Below, in pieces: positions 1 to 9,488 of a stretch of 56,684 bases of DNA. The translations under genes and the position numbers were made by a program. Origin of the DNA: Limosilactobacillus gorillae (GTDB lineage Bacteria > Pseudomonadota > Alphaproteobacteria > CAAGCB01 > CAG-977). Where the stretch lies: the NCBI GenBank assembly GCA_963604715.1, contig CAVCSV010000010.1, positions 1 to 56,684 on the forward strand, given 5' to 3'. The notes under the pieces were generated by a model. It was not told where the DNA came from. It was given only the letters and a program-made list of their open reading frames with translations, and did no database searches. Position 1 is the stretch's first letter. Each line of letters starts with the position of its first letter.

Positions 1-284
1 CCTTAACGTAAGTTGAATTGGAAGAATTTTATATACGTTATTTTGCGAAATTTGATAACCTATCACAATATCCTTGCACTTGTAAGCTACTTTTGATAAG
101 CTATCCTTGTGTTTGCGAAAAAGGCAAACGCAGGGCGTCAGAAACCCTTACCGACATAGTCGCCGCGAGTACGGCGACTGATAAATTATACGTCAAATCT
201 GCCTAAAGGGCGGATTTTGGCGAATAAGGCTGTGTGCTGAATAAGCCAAGCCGTCTTTATGTTGGTACGGTTTCTGAAAATCCG

Positions 285-309
285 CCCACCTGCAAAGGTG
301 GGTATTTTC
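285..309 (+). terminator. Terminator-like hairpin in the leader of the 332-649 CDS
   Basis: The stem is cccacc (285-290), loop tgcaaa, ggtggg (297-302), followed by tattttc. The left arm overlaps an 11-bp inverted repeat (208-218 / 277-287). Confidence 0.4.
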
Positions 310-331
310 ATTAAAGGAAGGATCTTCAGAA

Positions 332-649
332 ATGAAACAACTTGCAAGAATGTTTTTCATTTTAGTTGCGTTGGTGTTCATTGGCGTAAATTCAGCAAAA
401 GCGGATACATATGTCAATGGCTACTACCGTAAAAATGGAACGTACGTAGCACCGCATTATCGTTCTGATGCAAATGGAACAAGAAGCGATAACTGGTCAA
501 CAAGAGGAAACACAAACCCTTATACGGGGGAAGCAGGTACGAAATCTTATGATAGTTATAATAACGGCGGATATAATTCGAATTATAACAACAATTATAA
601 TTCACAATATCGCCAACCGTCATATAGAAATGGCAGATATTATCATTGA
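332..649 (+). CDS. Small secreted N/Y/G-rich protein of unknown function
   Basis: The 105-aa ORF has a signal-peptide-like N-terminus (MKQLARMFFILVALVFIGVNSAKA|DT). The mature part is low complexity (NNGGYNSNYNNNYNSQYRQPSYRNGRYYH). A aaggaag RBS lies upstream, and codons are AT-rich compared with the rest of the window. Confidence 0.6.
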   Translation: MKQLARMFFILVALVFIGVNSAKADTYVNGYYRKNGTYVAPHYRSDANGTRSDNWSTRGNTNPYTGEAGTKSYDSYNNGGYNSNYNNNYNSQYRQPSYRNGRYYH

Positions 650-653
650 AATT

Positions 654-681
654 AAAAAAGCCCTCTTTCGAGGGCTTTTTT
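654..681. terminator. Bidirectional intrinsic terminator between convergent genes
   Basis: aaaaaa gccctc tttc gagggc tttttt is a perfect GC stem flanked by an A-run and a T-run. Confidence 0.75.
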
Positions 682-700
682 GTGTTTGGAACCGGTTTCC

Positions 701-1018
701 TTACGCCATTTGGCTGTTGACCCATTCGGCGAGCTTGGATTTCGTCATTGCGCCCGAATGGGTGGCGACGGCTTGACCGTCTTTGAACATAATCAGGGTC
801 GGGATGCCGCGCACGCCGAAATTCGTCGGCGTTTCGGGCGAATCGTCAATGTTCATTTTGACGACTTTCAGCTTGTCGCCCAATTCTTTGGAAACTTCTT
901 CCAAAACGGGGCTGAGCTGGCGGCACGGCGAACACCATTCCGCGTAAAAGTCCACCAATACGGGAACGGCGGAGTTTTTGATTTCCGTTTCAAATTCGTT
1001 GTCGTTGATGATTTTCAT
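701..1018 (-). CDS. trxA: Thioredoxin
   Basis: The 105-aa product has the thioredoxin fold signature VLVDFYAEWCSPCRQ...GIRGIPTLIMFKDG. The active site reads WCSPC rather than WCGPC. The gene sits downstream of addA, as in many alphaproteobacteria. Confidence 0.93.
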   Translation of the reverse strand: MKIINDNEFETEIKNSAVPVLVDFYAEWCSPCRQLSPVLEEVSKELGDKLKVVKMNIDDSPETPTNFGVRGIPTLIMFKDGQAVATHSGAMTKSKLAEWVNSQMA

Positions 1019-1091
1019 CGTTGTTTGCCCTTTCGTTGTTTGATGCGATAGTTATAAGTGCCTTTTCCCCGCGGGTCAATAGTCCGATACG

Positions 1092-4000
1092 TCATTCAAC
1101 CAACGATGTGATGTCCGCGACTTTCGCCGCTTCCGTCCACAGCAGGAAACAGCGGATTTTCTTTGCGGGATAAATCCGCGCCAAAACCGATTTGTACGCC
1201 CGCATTTGTTCGACATACTGCGCGGGCGTTTTTTCGATACCGTCGGGAATCGCGCGGTTGCTTTTGTAATCGACAATCAAGACTTCCGTTTCCGACACCG
1301 CCAAGCGGTCGATTTGCCCGCTGACGACGCGGTCGCCGACAACGCCCGACACGGGGACTTCCGCCAAGGCGTTCGGCGTGAACAGCGGGAAAAATTCGGG
1401 GTTTGCCAGCACGCTTAACACTTTTTCGACGGCGGTTTCCCCGTCCTCCATCGGGTTGAGTGACAGGAACTTTTCCGCCGCCGTTTTGCGCTTTTCGGGC
1501 GGATAGGACGGCAGGATTTCCAGCAATTTATGGATGAAAGTCCCGCGTTTGCGCGCCTGCAGTCTGTTTTCGGACAGCGGCGAAGCGTAAACGGTTTCCT
1601 CGCCCTCGGGTTTCGAGGGGACAAGCGGCTTCGGCGGCGTCGGTTCGGCGGGCGGCGTTGTTTTAAACGCCCAGTTCGGCAAAGGCGTGGCTGTTTTTGT
1701 CTCTTTCGCCGTTTCGGCGGCTTGCGCAGCTTCGGCGGGAACGAACAGCGTTTTCGAGGGCAGGGAGTCGGCGATTAAGTCGTACCAGTTGTTTTCGGGC
1801 GTTTTTTTGTTGTCCCAGCCTGTGACGTACAGCCTGTCCGCCGCGCGGGTCAAAGCGACGTACAGCAGTCGGCGGTATTCGCGCGCGTCGGCGGCTTTCA
1901 GTTTTTCAATTTCGGCGGCGGCTTCGGCGTTGCGCAGGTCGGCTTTGGGAATCCAAACGGGCGCGCCGTTTTCCAGCCACACCGTTTTTGGGGCGAAGAA
2001 TTTCTTTTGCCGCGTGTCGGGCAGGAAAACAATCGGGGCTTCCAACCCTTTGGACGCGTGAACGGTCATAATCCGCACGGCGTCCAAAGTCTGTTCGGGG
2101 TCGCGCTTGATTTCAACGTCATTCGCTCGCAAATCCCGCAAAAACAGCTGCAAGGACGGCGTGTTCGCGCGGTCGTAGTCCAGCGCCAGATTCATAAACT
2201 CCTCCAGCGCGTCAAGGGCTTGCACGCCCAAGCGGCGGACGAACGCCTTTTGCCTGCCCAGCCGTCCCAGAACAGAAGCGTAAAGCTCGAACGGGCGCAT
2301 GGTGTCCACGCGGTTTAACAGGTCGGACAGAAAAGCGTATGCTTTGCCAAGCGGCGTTTCGGGCTTGTCCGCATAAGCTTTCAATCGGTCGAACAGGGAT
2401 TGCCTGCCGCGTCCGTACGCCAAAGCGAACAGGTCGTTTTCCGACACGCCGTCCAAATCGGGCAAAGCGCGGTCGGATTCGGGCAAATCGTCGGGGGATA
2501 TGCCGCACAAGGGCGACCGCAAAACTGTCGCCAGCGCCAAATCGTCCTGCGGCATCAGCAAAAAGTCGCCCAAGACCATTAAATCCTTGACCGCGATGTG
2601 GGACGTGATTTTCAGCCTGTCCGCGCCCGAAACGGGAACGTTGCGGGATTTCAGTTCGCGCGTCAGACAGTCGATAAAGCTGTTCCTGCGCCGCACCAGA
2701 ATCAGAATGTCGCCTGCCGTTATCGGCTTGCCCGACGGCAGGCGTTCCTTGTTTTGAATCATATCGGCGATTTTGGCGGCGATTTTTGCCGCCGTGCGCG
2801 CCATGGGGGACGATTCCGTTTTGCGGGTTTCGACGGGTTTGGTGTAAACGGCTTGCGCGTCGCCTTGTTCGGGTTGTTCGACGTCCCAGATTTCGACCAG
2901 ACCGCCCGCCTTGTTACGCCAAGCGATATGCGTCGCGTCGTCGTTTCCGTCAACCACGCCGTCGGCGGCAAGGGGATTTTTCAAAACGTCGTTGACGGCT
3001 TCGATAACGGCGGGGGACGAACGGAAAGAAATCGTCATCGGCACGTCGTTCCAACGCTGTTCGGCGTTCAGCACTTTATCCTTGAAAAAGCGGTGCATTT
3101 TTTCGAATTCTTCGGGAACCGCGCCTTGAAAGCTGAAAATCGACTGCTTTTGGTCGCCCACGGCGAACAAAGTGCGGTGCGCCTTGTTCGCGGTTTCGCC
3201 TGCGAAAAACTCGTCCGCCAAAGCTTTGACGATGCGCCATTGAAGCGGGCTGGTGTCCTGCGCTTCGTCGATTAAAATGTGGTCGATGCCGCCGTCCAGT
3301 TTGAACAGAACCCATGCCGCCGCGCCCGATTTTTCCAGCAGGTCAAGCGCGGTTGCAATCAAATCGTCATAGTCTAAAACGGCGCGCGCGGCTTTCAAAT
3401 CGGCGTATTTTTGCGTAATCGCCGCGCCGATTTGCAGCAAAGCCAAAGAAACCCGCATGGCGGCGACGGAGCGCAGACGCTGTTTCAGCTTTGCCGCCCG
3501 CAAAGCTTCGGTTTGCATTGTCGGGTCAGCCGCCGCCGTGTCTTTGTGCGCCAAAGCTTTGCGTGGTTCGCCTGTTTTGGTTAAAAACACGTTCAGATAA
3601 GTGTCCAAAGCCGCGCGCCCGATAACGAAATCGGCAATGATTGCCGCGTTTTTGATGTCGGTTGCCCCTTTGCCGTGTCCCAGAATCAAGGCGGCTTGGC
3701 GCAAGTCGGCTTCGCGCGTTTCGCTTAAAGTGCAGAAATCGTTTATCAGGCTGTCCTCGGTCGCGTTTTCGGGCAAATCGAACGCCTGTTCATACGCCGC
3801 GCGCGCGGATTCCGCCGTCGGGTGCGCTTCGGCAAAGGCGCGCAGACGGGGCAAGCGAACGGCAAGCTCTTTCATCGAATCCAGGAATCCCTGTTCGTTC
3901 GTCGTCAGTGTGACGGTTTGCAATACATTGGCAAAATCGGGGTTGCTCAAAACGCTTTCCTGCGCGTCGGCAATCAGCTTTGCGGCGCTTGGTTCGTCCA

Positions 4001-4469
4001 ACACGTCGAATTGCGGGGAAACGCCCGCCTCCAGCGGGAAACGCTTCAACAGGGATTGACAAAACGAGTGAATCGTCAGAATCTTCAGTCCCCCCGCCGT
4101 GTCCAGCAGTTCGGCGAACAGGCGGCGCGCGGTTTCTTTTTTGGCGGTATTGGCGCCCAAAGCGGTCAATTCCTTGTCCAAATCGGCGTCGCTTGCCGTC
4201 GCCCATTTCGCCAGACGCGCGGCGATGCGGTTATACATTTCCGCCGCCGCCGTGCGCGTAAAGGTCAGACACAAAATCCGTTCGGGCTTTGCCCCCGCCA
4301 GCAGCAAGTTCAAAACACGGTCGGACAGCACTTTCGTTTTGCCCGATCCCGCCGAAGCCGCCACCCACGCCGACGCGGTCGGGTCGGACGCTTTACGCTG
4401 GATTTCGTTCGGGTCAAGCGTCGTCGTCATCGTCGTCCTCCGTTTCTTCGCGGGTCGCCCATTCGTCAA
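1092..4469 (-). CDS. addA: Double-strand break repair helicase AddA (UvrD-like helicase plus C-terminal PD-(D/E)XK nuclease)
   Basis: Walker A is AASAGSGKTKVL. UvrD motifs include ILIDEAQDTS and a C-terminal nuclease motif is GQIDRLAV...IVDYKS. The 1125-aa ORF could instead start at the ATG at 4430 (MTTTLDPNE), which would shorten the overlap with addB. Confidence 0.92.
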   Translation of the reverse strand: MTNGRPAKKRRTTMTTTLDPNEIQRKASDPTASAWVAASAGSGKTKVLSDRVLNLLLAGAKPERILCLTFTRTAAAEMYNRIAARLAKWATASDADLDKELTALGANTAKKETARRLFAELLDTAGGLKILTIHSFCQSLLKRFPLEAGVSPQFDVLDEPSAAKLIADAQESVLSNPDFANVLQTVTLTTNEQGFLDSMKELAVRLPRLRAFAEAHPTAESARAAYEQAFDLPENATEDSLINDFCTLSETREADLRQAALILGHGKGATDIKNAAIIADFVIGRAALDTYLNVFLTKTGEPRKALAHKDTAAADPTMQTEALRAAKLKQRLRSVAAMRVSLALLQIGAAITQKYADLKAARAVLDYDDLIATALDLLEKSGAAAWVLFKLDGGIDHILIDEAQDTSPLQWRIVKALADEFFAGETANKAHRTLFAVGDQKQSIFSFQGAVPEEFEKMHRFFKDKVLNAEQRWNDVPMTISFRSSPAVIEAVNDVLKNPLAADGVVDGNDDATHIAWRNKAGGLVEIWDVEQPEQGDAQAVYTKPVETRKTESSPMARTAAKIAAKIADMIQNKERLPSGKPITAGDILILVRRRNSFIDCLTRELKSRNVPVSGADRLKITSHIAVKDLMVLGDFLLMPQDDLALATVLRSPLCGISPDDLPESDRALPDLDGVSENDLFALAYGRGRQSLFDRLKAYADKPETPLGKAYAFLSDLLNRVDTMRPFELYASVLGRLGRQKAFVRRLGVQALDALEEFMNLALDYDRANTPSLQLFLRDLRANDVEIKRDPEQTLDAVRIMTVHASKGLEAPIVFLPDTRQKKFFAPKTVWLENGAPVWIPKADLRNAEAAAEIEKLKAADAREYRRLLYVALTRAADRLYVTGWDNKKTPENNWYDLIADSLPSKTLFVPAEAAQAAETAKETKTATPLPNWAFKTTPPAEPTPPKPLVPSKPEGEETVYASPLSENRLQARKRGTFIHKLLEILPSYPPEKRKTAAEKFLSLNPMEDGETAVEKVLSVLANPEFFPLFTPNALAEVPVSGVVGDRVVSGQIDRLAVSETEVLIVDYKSNRAIPDGIEKTPAQYVEQMRAYKSVLARIYPAKKIRCFLLWTEAAKVADITSLVE

Positions 4470-7326
4470 ACCGCGCCAAGTGGTCGTAATCGTTGTACTT
4501 TTGCGAAACGCTGGTGTCGGGCGTCGGTAAATAGGGCGTTTCGGGATTGTCGAACGCCTCTATCGCCGCGGTCAGCCGTTCCAAAGCCGCGGCGGTCAGT
4601 TCGTCCGCGTCGGCGGAAATTTTGCGGATTTGCCCGCCGTCGCTTTCCCCGCGCAAACGCCAGTATTCCAGTGCTTTGACTTCGCCCTGCGGCAGGTTTG
4701 CGAAGCCGTGGCGGCGGATGATTTCGGCTTCCAAGGGCAGTTGGGGCGAATAGCCCGCCAAAACGGATTTTTCCGTCGGCAAAGTTCCCGTTTTATAGTC
4801 GATAATCGAAATCGAGCCGTCTTTCATCACGTCGATTCTGTCCGCGCGTCCCGTCAGGGTGAAATCCCCGCCTTTCATCGGCAGGACGGCTTGCCCCGTT
4901 TGTTCGGGGTAAATGCGGCGGATGGAGGCGATGCGTTCGCGCTGTCGGGCAAGGAACCATTTCAGCGCTTCGAATACGCGCGGTTTCCAAAACGCGGCGG
5001 CGGTGATTGAAAAGTTCAGTTCGGCAATCGCTTTTTCGCCGATTTCAAACAGTTCGGCTTCGGCGTTCGGCGGAATCGAATCGGGGTATTTCGTGCAGAA
5101 CAGTTCGACCGCTTTGTGCAAAGCCGACCCGAAATCCGCGACGTTCAGCTGCAAATCGATGTCATCCAGCGGCTTTAAGCCCAAGATATGGCGCGCGTAA
5201 ATCGAATACGGGTCGCGGAACAGCGTTTCGATTTGCGTGACCGACAAAGCGCGCGGGCGCGCCGCGACGGGCGGGCAGGGGCGCGGCGGCTGAAAAGCGA
5301 CGGTTTCGGCCGGCGTGTCCAGTTGTTTGCTCCACGTCTGTTTCGTTCCCGTTTCCCACTTCAAGCCCGACGCGTTCAGCACGGCGTCCAGACGCATCAG
5401 CCAGCGCGACGGCACGGTCGGCGTTCCGCCGCTTTTCAGCGAACGGGTCAAGAGGACTTTCGGCGCGCAGAACGCTTGGCAGAAATCGTGCGCGGACAGC
5501 GCGATTTTGCGTTCGGGCATGGGCATCGCGCATTCGGCGCGCATGGGACGGCTGAGCCACGGGTCGGCTTCAATCGTTTTCGGCCAAATCCCTTCGTTCA
5601 GCCCGCCCAAAATCAGCACGTCGGGGCGAATCAAGCGCGCTTCCATCGTTCCCAGAATGTCCAGCCGCGGGTGCATGCCGAATTTCGGACGCACCAAAGC
5701 CCCGCCCGCCAGCAAAGTAAACATCGCCAAGTAATCCGCGGGCGGCATGTCGTCGGCAAGGTCTGCGTTTTCCTGCAAATCGGCAATCAGATTCAGCGCG
5801 GCTTCGCCCGCGTCGCCGACCCAAAGCCTGTCCGCGCCGCTGCGGTCGTCCGACTGTGCCAGCGCTTCGGCGGCTTTCAAATGCGCGGTCAGATATTGTG
5901 TGAACGGGTGCGGTTCTTTGCTTTGCATCAAAGCGGTAAAATCGCCCAAGCAATCGGCAATCGTCTGTACAAACGCCGTATCCGCCGCCGATTTCAGCAG
6001 TCCGTCGAACCCGTCGCCGGGGCGTTTCCCGCGCAAAGCGGTCAGTTCCAAAGCGCGCACTTGCGGACGGAAACTGCCGTATTTCGTGCCGCCCGCCGCC
6101 AAAGGATGCTTCAAGCATGCCAGCAAATCGAACGGCGCGGCGTTGTTTAACCCGACCTGTCCGACCAGATTCAGAAAAATTCCCAGCGGCGTCAAGGACA
6201 GCGGCACGCCCGCCGAATCGTCCATGGACACGCCCCAGCGATTCATTTCGGCAACGACCCTGCGCGCCAAAGAACGGTCGGGCGTAATCAAAGCCGCCGT
6301 TTTTTCGGGCGTTTCCAGCGTTTCGCGCAACGCCAAAGCGATGACCAGCGCTTCTTCCTGCGGGGTGGCGCAGTCAATGCGCTCGATGCCCGCCAAAGCG
6401 TCCGCCGCAAACGGCTTCGCGCTTTGCCATTTGTCGGTTGTCGCGGCGGGGCGTATGGCTTCGCAAATCAGACGCAGGCGTTCGGAAGCGGGGGCTTTTT
6501 GCCCGTATTCCTTGACATCCGCGCGCGCAATGCCCATTCGTTCCAACAGCCGTTTCAAGTGGTATTGCGGGTGTGACGGTTCAACGGCGGCGAAAGTTTC
6601 TTCGTCCGAAATCAAATCCAGTCCCGGCAGAATCACCGTGCCGTTCGGCAGGGATGCTATCGCGTCCAGCAGCATCGCCGTTGCGGGTTGCGACCCCGTC
6701 GATCCCGCCGCTATAATCGGGTGGGGCGGCGGATTGTTGCGCCAATAATCGGCTTGGGCTTTGAACAGGCGGACTTGGCGGTCGGCGGCGTCGATAACGC
6801 CTTCTTCCTTTAAAATTTCGGGCCACATCGCCGTAATGATTTCCAGAAACTTCAGCGTTTCCTGCCAATGCGCGGCGAACGTGTCGGGGACAAGGTTTTT
6901 CAACAGCGACAAATCCGTCTGCTCAATCGTGCTTTCATCCAGAAAAGCCGCCAGAGCGTCCGCCAGCTGCAAAGCTTTTTCAGCCGAAAGGTCGTCGGGC
7001 TGTTTTTGTTTGACCAGCTTTGCCAGCAGCAAACGGCGGCGCAGGGACGAAATCGCGGGGGGAATGTCCTCCGCGCCCGCAACGCTCAAAGACGTAACGG
7101 TTTCGTCGCTGTCCAGCGATCCGAACGGAATCATTTTCGGCAGCAGCAGGGGCGTTCCCGCGCTTTGCCGCAAAAACGCGTCGCGCATCGTTTTGCACGC
7201 GCGGCGGGTGGGCAGGAACAGCGTGATTTGCGCCAGTTCTTCGGGGCTGTTCGTTTTCATCAATTCGGCGGCGAGCGTGTCCGAAAAACAAAGCGTCGGG
7301 GAAATGGTGAAAACGTTTTTCGTCAT
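4414..7326 (-). CDS. addB: Double-strand break repair protein AddB (alphaproteobacterial type)
   Basis: The 970-aa ORF lies directly upstream of addA. It has a C-terminal PD-(D/E)XK-like motif (GRADRID...IIDYKTG) and an acidic tail. The addB-addA-trxA order is typical. Confidence 0.88.
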   Translation of the reverse strand: MTKNVFTISPTLCFSDTLAAELMKTNSPEELAQITLFLPTRRACKTMRDAFLRQSAGTPLLLPKMIPFGSLDSDETVTSLSVAGAEDIPPAISSLRRRLLLAKLVKQKQPDDLSAEKALQLADALAAFLDESTIEQTDLSLLKNLVPDTFAAHWQETLKFLEIITAMWPEILKEEGVIDAADRQVRLFKAQADYWRNNPPPHPIIAAGSTGSQPATAMLLDAIASLPNGTVILPGLDLISDEETFAAVEPSHPQYHLKRLLERMGIARADVKEYGQKAPASERLRLICEAIRPAATTDKWQSAKPFAADALAGIERIDCATPQEEALVIALALRETLETPEKTAALITPDRSLARRVVAEMNRWGVSMDDSAGVPLSLTPLGIFLNLVGQVGLNNAAPFDLLACLKHPLAAGGTKYGSFRPQVRALELTALRGKRPGDGFDGLLKSAADTAFVQTIADCLGDFTALMQSKEPHPFTQYLTAHLKAAEALAQSDDRSGADRLWVGDAGEAALNLIADLQENADLADDMPPADYLAMFTLLAGGALVRPKFGMHPRLDILGTMEARLIRPDVLILGGLNEGIWPKTIEADPWLSRPMRAECAMPMPERKIALSAHDFCQAFCAPKVLLTRSLKSGGTPTVPSRWLMRLDAVLNASGLKWETGTKQTWSKQLDTPAETVAFQPPRPCPPVAARPRALSVTQIETLFRDPYSIYARHILGLKPLDDIDLQLNVADFGSALHKAVELFCTKYPDSIPPNAEAELFEIGEKAIAELNFSITAAAFWKPRVFEALKWFLARQRERIASIRRIYPEQTGQAVLPMKGGDFTLTGRADRIDVMKDGSISIIDYKTGTLPTEKSVLAGYSPQLPLEAEIIRRHGFANLPQGEVKALEYWRLRGESDGGQIRKISADADELTAAALERLTAAIEAFDNPETPYLPTPDTSVSQKYNDYDHLARFDEWATREETEDDDDDDA

Positions 7327-7327
7327 G

Positions 7328-8035
7328 TTATTTCAAAGCCTTTTCGGCGATTTTCAATGCTTCGGGCGTACCGACGTGATACCAGTCGCCGTTCAAAACG
7401 ACGGCGGCGAGTTTGCCCGTTTTTTCCGCCTTGTCATACAAAACGTTCAGCGAAAATTTGCCGTTGGGGGTATTGTCGAACATGCTTTTTTTCAAAATCT
7501 GCGCGCCCGCGAAAACGTACGGCGCGGTCGTTCCCGCGGCTTTGCGGTGCGGCTTGCCCTGTTCGTCCAGCAAATAATCGCCCGTGCCGTCGTGACCGAA
7601 AACATGCGTCATCGGCACCAATAACAGCAAAGCGTCCGTTGTGTCGGGATTCCACGCCTGTTCCAAAGCCTGTAAAGCGGGCGTGCCGTTTTCCGTCCAC
7701 GCGGGGTCGGCGTTTAAAACGAAAAACGCGTCGTCTTTCAGCAAAGGCAGGGCTTTTTTGACGCCGCCGCCCGTTTCAAGGGCGGATTCCTCGTCCGAAT
7801 AAACGAAATTCAAATCCGAACGTTTGGCAAAGTTCGCTTTGATTTTATCGCCCAGATAGCACACGTTGACCACGCAGTCGCGAATTCCGTGCGCCGCGAT
7901 TTTGTCTGCGATGCGGTCGATAAGCGTTCTGCCGTTGACGGCAATCAGCGGTTTGGGCAAAGCGTCGGTCAATTCGCGCATGCGCGTGCCGCGTCCCGCC
8001 GCCAAAATCATGGCTTTGTTTATTTTTGCAGACAT
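7328..8035 (-). CDS. murU: Nucleotidyltransferase, MurU-like N-acetylmuramate-1-phosphate uridylyltransferase
   Basis: The N-terminal motif is MILAAGRGTRMRELTDALPKPL. I chose the start at the ATG at 8035 (MSAKINK), because the upstream 68 codons of the ORF overlap amgK. The gene is paired with an AmgK-like kinase. Confidence 0.8.
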   Translation of the reverse strand: MSAKINKAMILAAGRGTRMRELTDALPKPLIAVNGRTLIDRIADKIAAHGIRDCVVNVCYLGDKIKANFAKRSDLNFVYSDEESALETGGGVKKALPLLKDDAFFVLNADPAWTENGTPALQALEQAWNPDTTDALLLLVPMTHVFGHDGTGDYLLDEQGKPHRKAAGTTAPYVFAGAQILKKSMFDNTPNGKFSLNVLYDKAEKTGKLAAVVLNGDWYHVGTPEALKIAEKALK

Positions 8036-9036
8036 TGGGGGATTCCTCTGGCTTCGGCTGGAACGTTCTTGTCGAACCACAGGCGCAGTTTCGCCAAAGC
8101 GGGGTGTTCCAAAGCGCGCTCCAGCAACCGCCACAGACGCGGCAAATGCTGTAAATAAACGGGTTTCCCGTCGCGCACGCACAGGCGCACGAAAATGCCC
8201 AGCACTTTGGCGTGCCGCTGTGCCGCCAAAACCGCCCAAGAGGTCAAAAATTCCTCGTTGCTCGGCAGTTTGTCCGCCATGGCGGCGATATAGCGGTCTT
8301 GCATTTCTTTGAACAAATCGGGGCGGATGTCGCGGCGCGCGTCTTCCAGCAGGGACATGATGTCATAAGTGACGGCACCCGCCAAAGCGTCTTGGAAGTC
8401 CAGCAGACCGCAGGCTTGCAACCCTGTTTTACCGTCCAGAATCATCAGATTGTCGACGTGGTAGTCGCGCAAGACGATGGTTTTCGGCATTTTTTGAACC
8501 AAGGGGAAGACTTCCTGCCACAACAGCGCGTATTCGTCGGCGACGGTTTTGTCGGTTTCGTGTCCGAATGCCGCGGGCATGAACCAGTCGGGGAACAGCA
8601 TCGCCTCGCGCAGCAAAGCGTCGTCGTCGTAGGGCGGCAAGTCTTCGGGAATCGCGGTTTCTTCGTTCAATTTGTGCAAATCAATCAGCAAATCGGTCGC
8701 CAGAGTGTACAAAGCGCGTTCGTCTTCGCCTTTTTTCAGCAATCGGGTATAGGTCGCGTCGCCGAAATCCTCCAGCAGGACGAAACCGTTTTCCTCGTCC
8801 GCGGCGTAAACGTGCGGCGCGCTGTAGCCCAGCTTTTCCAAGTGGCGGGCGACTTTCAAAAACGGACGGACGTTTTCCATCGGGGGCGGCGCGTCCATCA
8901 AAACGCGGCTTTCGTCCAAACGGGTCAGACGGTCGTAATGACGGAAAGACGCGTCCGCCGCCAGCAAACGGCGTTTGCCGTTATCCCAGCCGTTTTGTTT
9001 CAAAAAGTCGTTCAGCAGAGTCAGTCTGTCCGCCAT
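8020..9036 (-). CDS. amgK: Phosphotransferase-family kinase, AmgK-like (anomeric MurNAc/GlcNAc kinase)
   Basis: APH/choline-kinase motifs are present (LRDYHVDNLMIL, GLLDFQDA). The start was chosen at the ATG at 9036 (MADRLTLL). The gene is tightly coupled between tsaE and murU. Confidence 0.75.
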   Translation of the reverse strand: MADRLTLLNDFLKQNGWDNGKRRLLAADASFRHYDRLTRLDESRVLMDAPPPMENVRPFLKVARHLEKLGYSAPHVYAADEENGFVLLEDFGDATYTRLLKKGEDERALYTLATDLLIDLHKLNEETAIPEDLPPYDDDALLREAMLFPDWFMPAAFGHETDKTVADEYALLWQEVFPLVQKMPKTIVLRDYHVDNLMILDGKTGLQACGLLDFQDALAGAVTYDIMSLLEDARRDIRPDLFKEMQDRYIAAMADKLPSNEEFLTSWAVLAAQRHAKVLGIFVRLCVRDGKPVYLQHLPRLWRLLERALEHPALAKLRLWFDKNVPAEARGIPQCLQK

Positions 9037-9488
9037 TGTAAATTCTCCAGTCTGTTTGCCCAATCGCTGCCGTGAGGGATTAAAGCGACGCGGCGTGTGT
9101 CGGGCGTATCGCCCGCCGTGATTTTGATTTCCAGTCTGTTGCGCGGATAAAGCCGTTCCGCACGTTCGGGCCATTCAATCAGGGAAATGCCGTCGCTCAG
9201 CGCTTCCTCGAATCCCAGTTCATACACTTCGTCGGGTTGTTTCAGGCGGTACAAATCAAAGTGCCAAATCGTGCCTTTTTCGGTATCGTACAGCTGAACC
9301 AAAGTGAACGTGGGGCTGGGGACGTCTTCGTCGGGCGAGGTCAACGCCTGTACGAACGCGCGGGAAAACACGGTTTTGCCCATGCCCAAATCGCCGTACA
9401 GCAAAATCACGTCGCGCGGCTTTGCCAAAGCCGCCAGTTTGCGGGCAAGGGATTCCATTCCCGCTTGATTTACGGTTGTTTCCTGCAT
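9021..9488 (-). CDS. tsaE: tRNA t6A37 biosynthesis ATPase TsaE (YjeE)
   Basis: The 155-aa product has the P-loop LYGDLGMGKTVFSRAF, the motif PSPTFTLV, and HFDLYRL. Confidence 0.9.
   Translation of the reverse strand: MQETTVNQAGMESLARKLAALAKPRDVILLYGDLGMGKTVFSRAFVQALTSPDEDVPSPTFTLVQLYDTEKGTIWHFDLYRLKQPDEVYELGFEEALSDGISLIEWPERAERLYPRNRLEIKITAGDTPDTRRVALIPHGSDWANRLENLQWRTD

Noticed and set aside
18-417. The short ORFs 18-206 (+) and 193-417 (-) in the AT-rich left edge
   Set aside because: They have no RBS, no motifs and odd composition. The second overlaps the start of the better-supported 332-649 gene. The region looks more like a structured leader or promoter.
8036-8239. An upstream extension of the murU ORF (and similarly 9037-9174 for amgK, and 27856-28200 for ftsE)
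   Set aside because: The extensions overlap the preceding gene's coding region, are Arg/Gly/Ala-rich, and precede the conserved N-terminal motifs. Internal starts give standard protein lengths.
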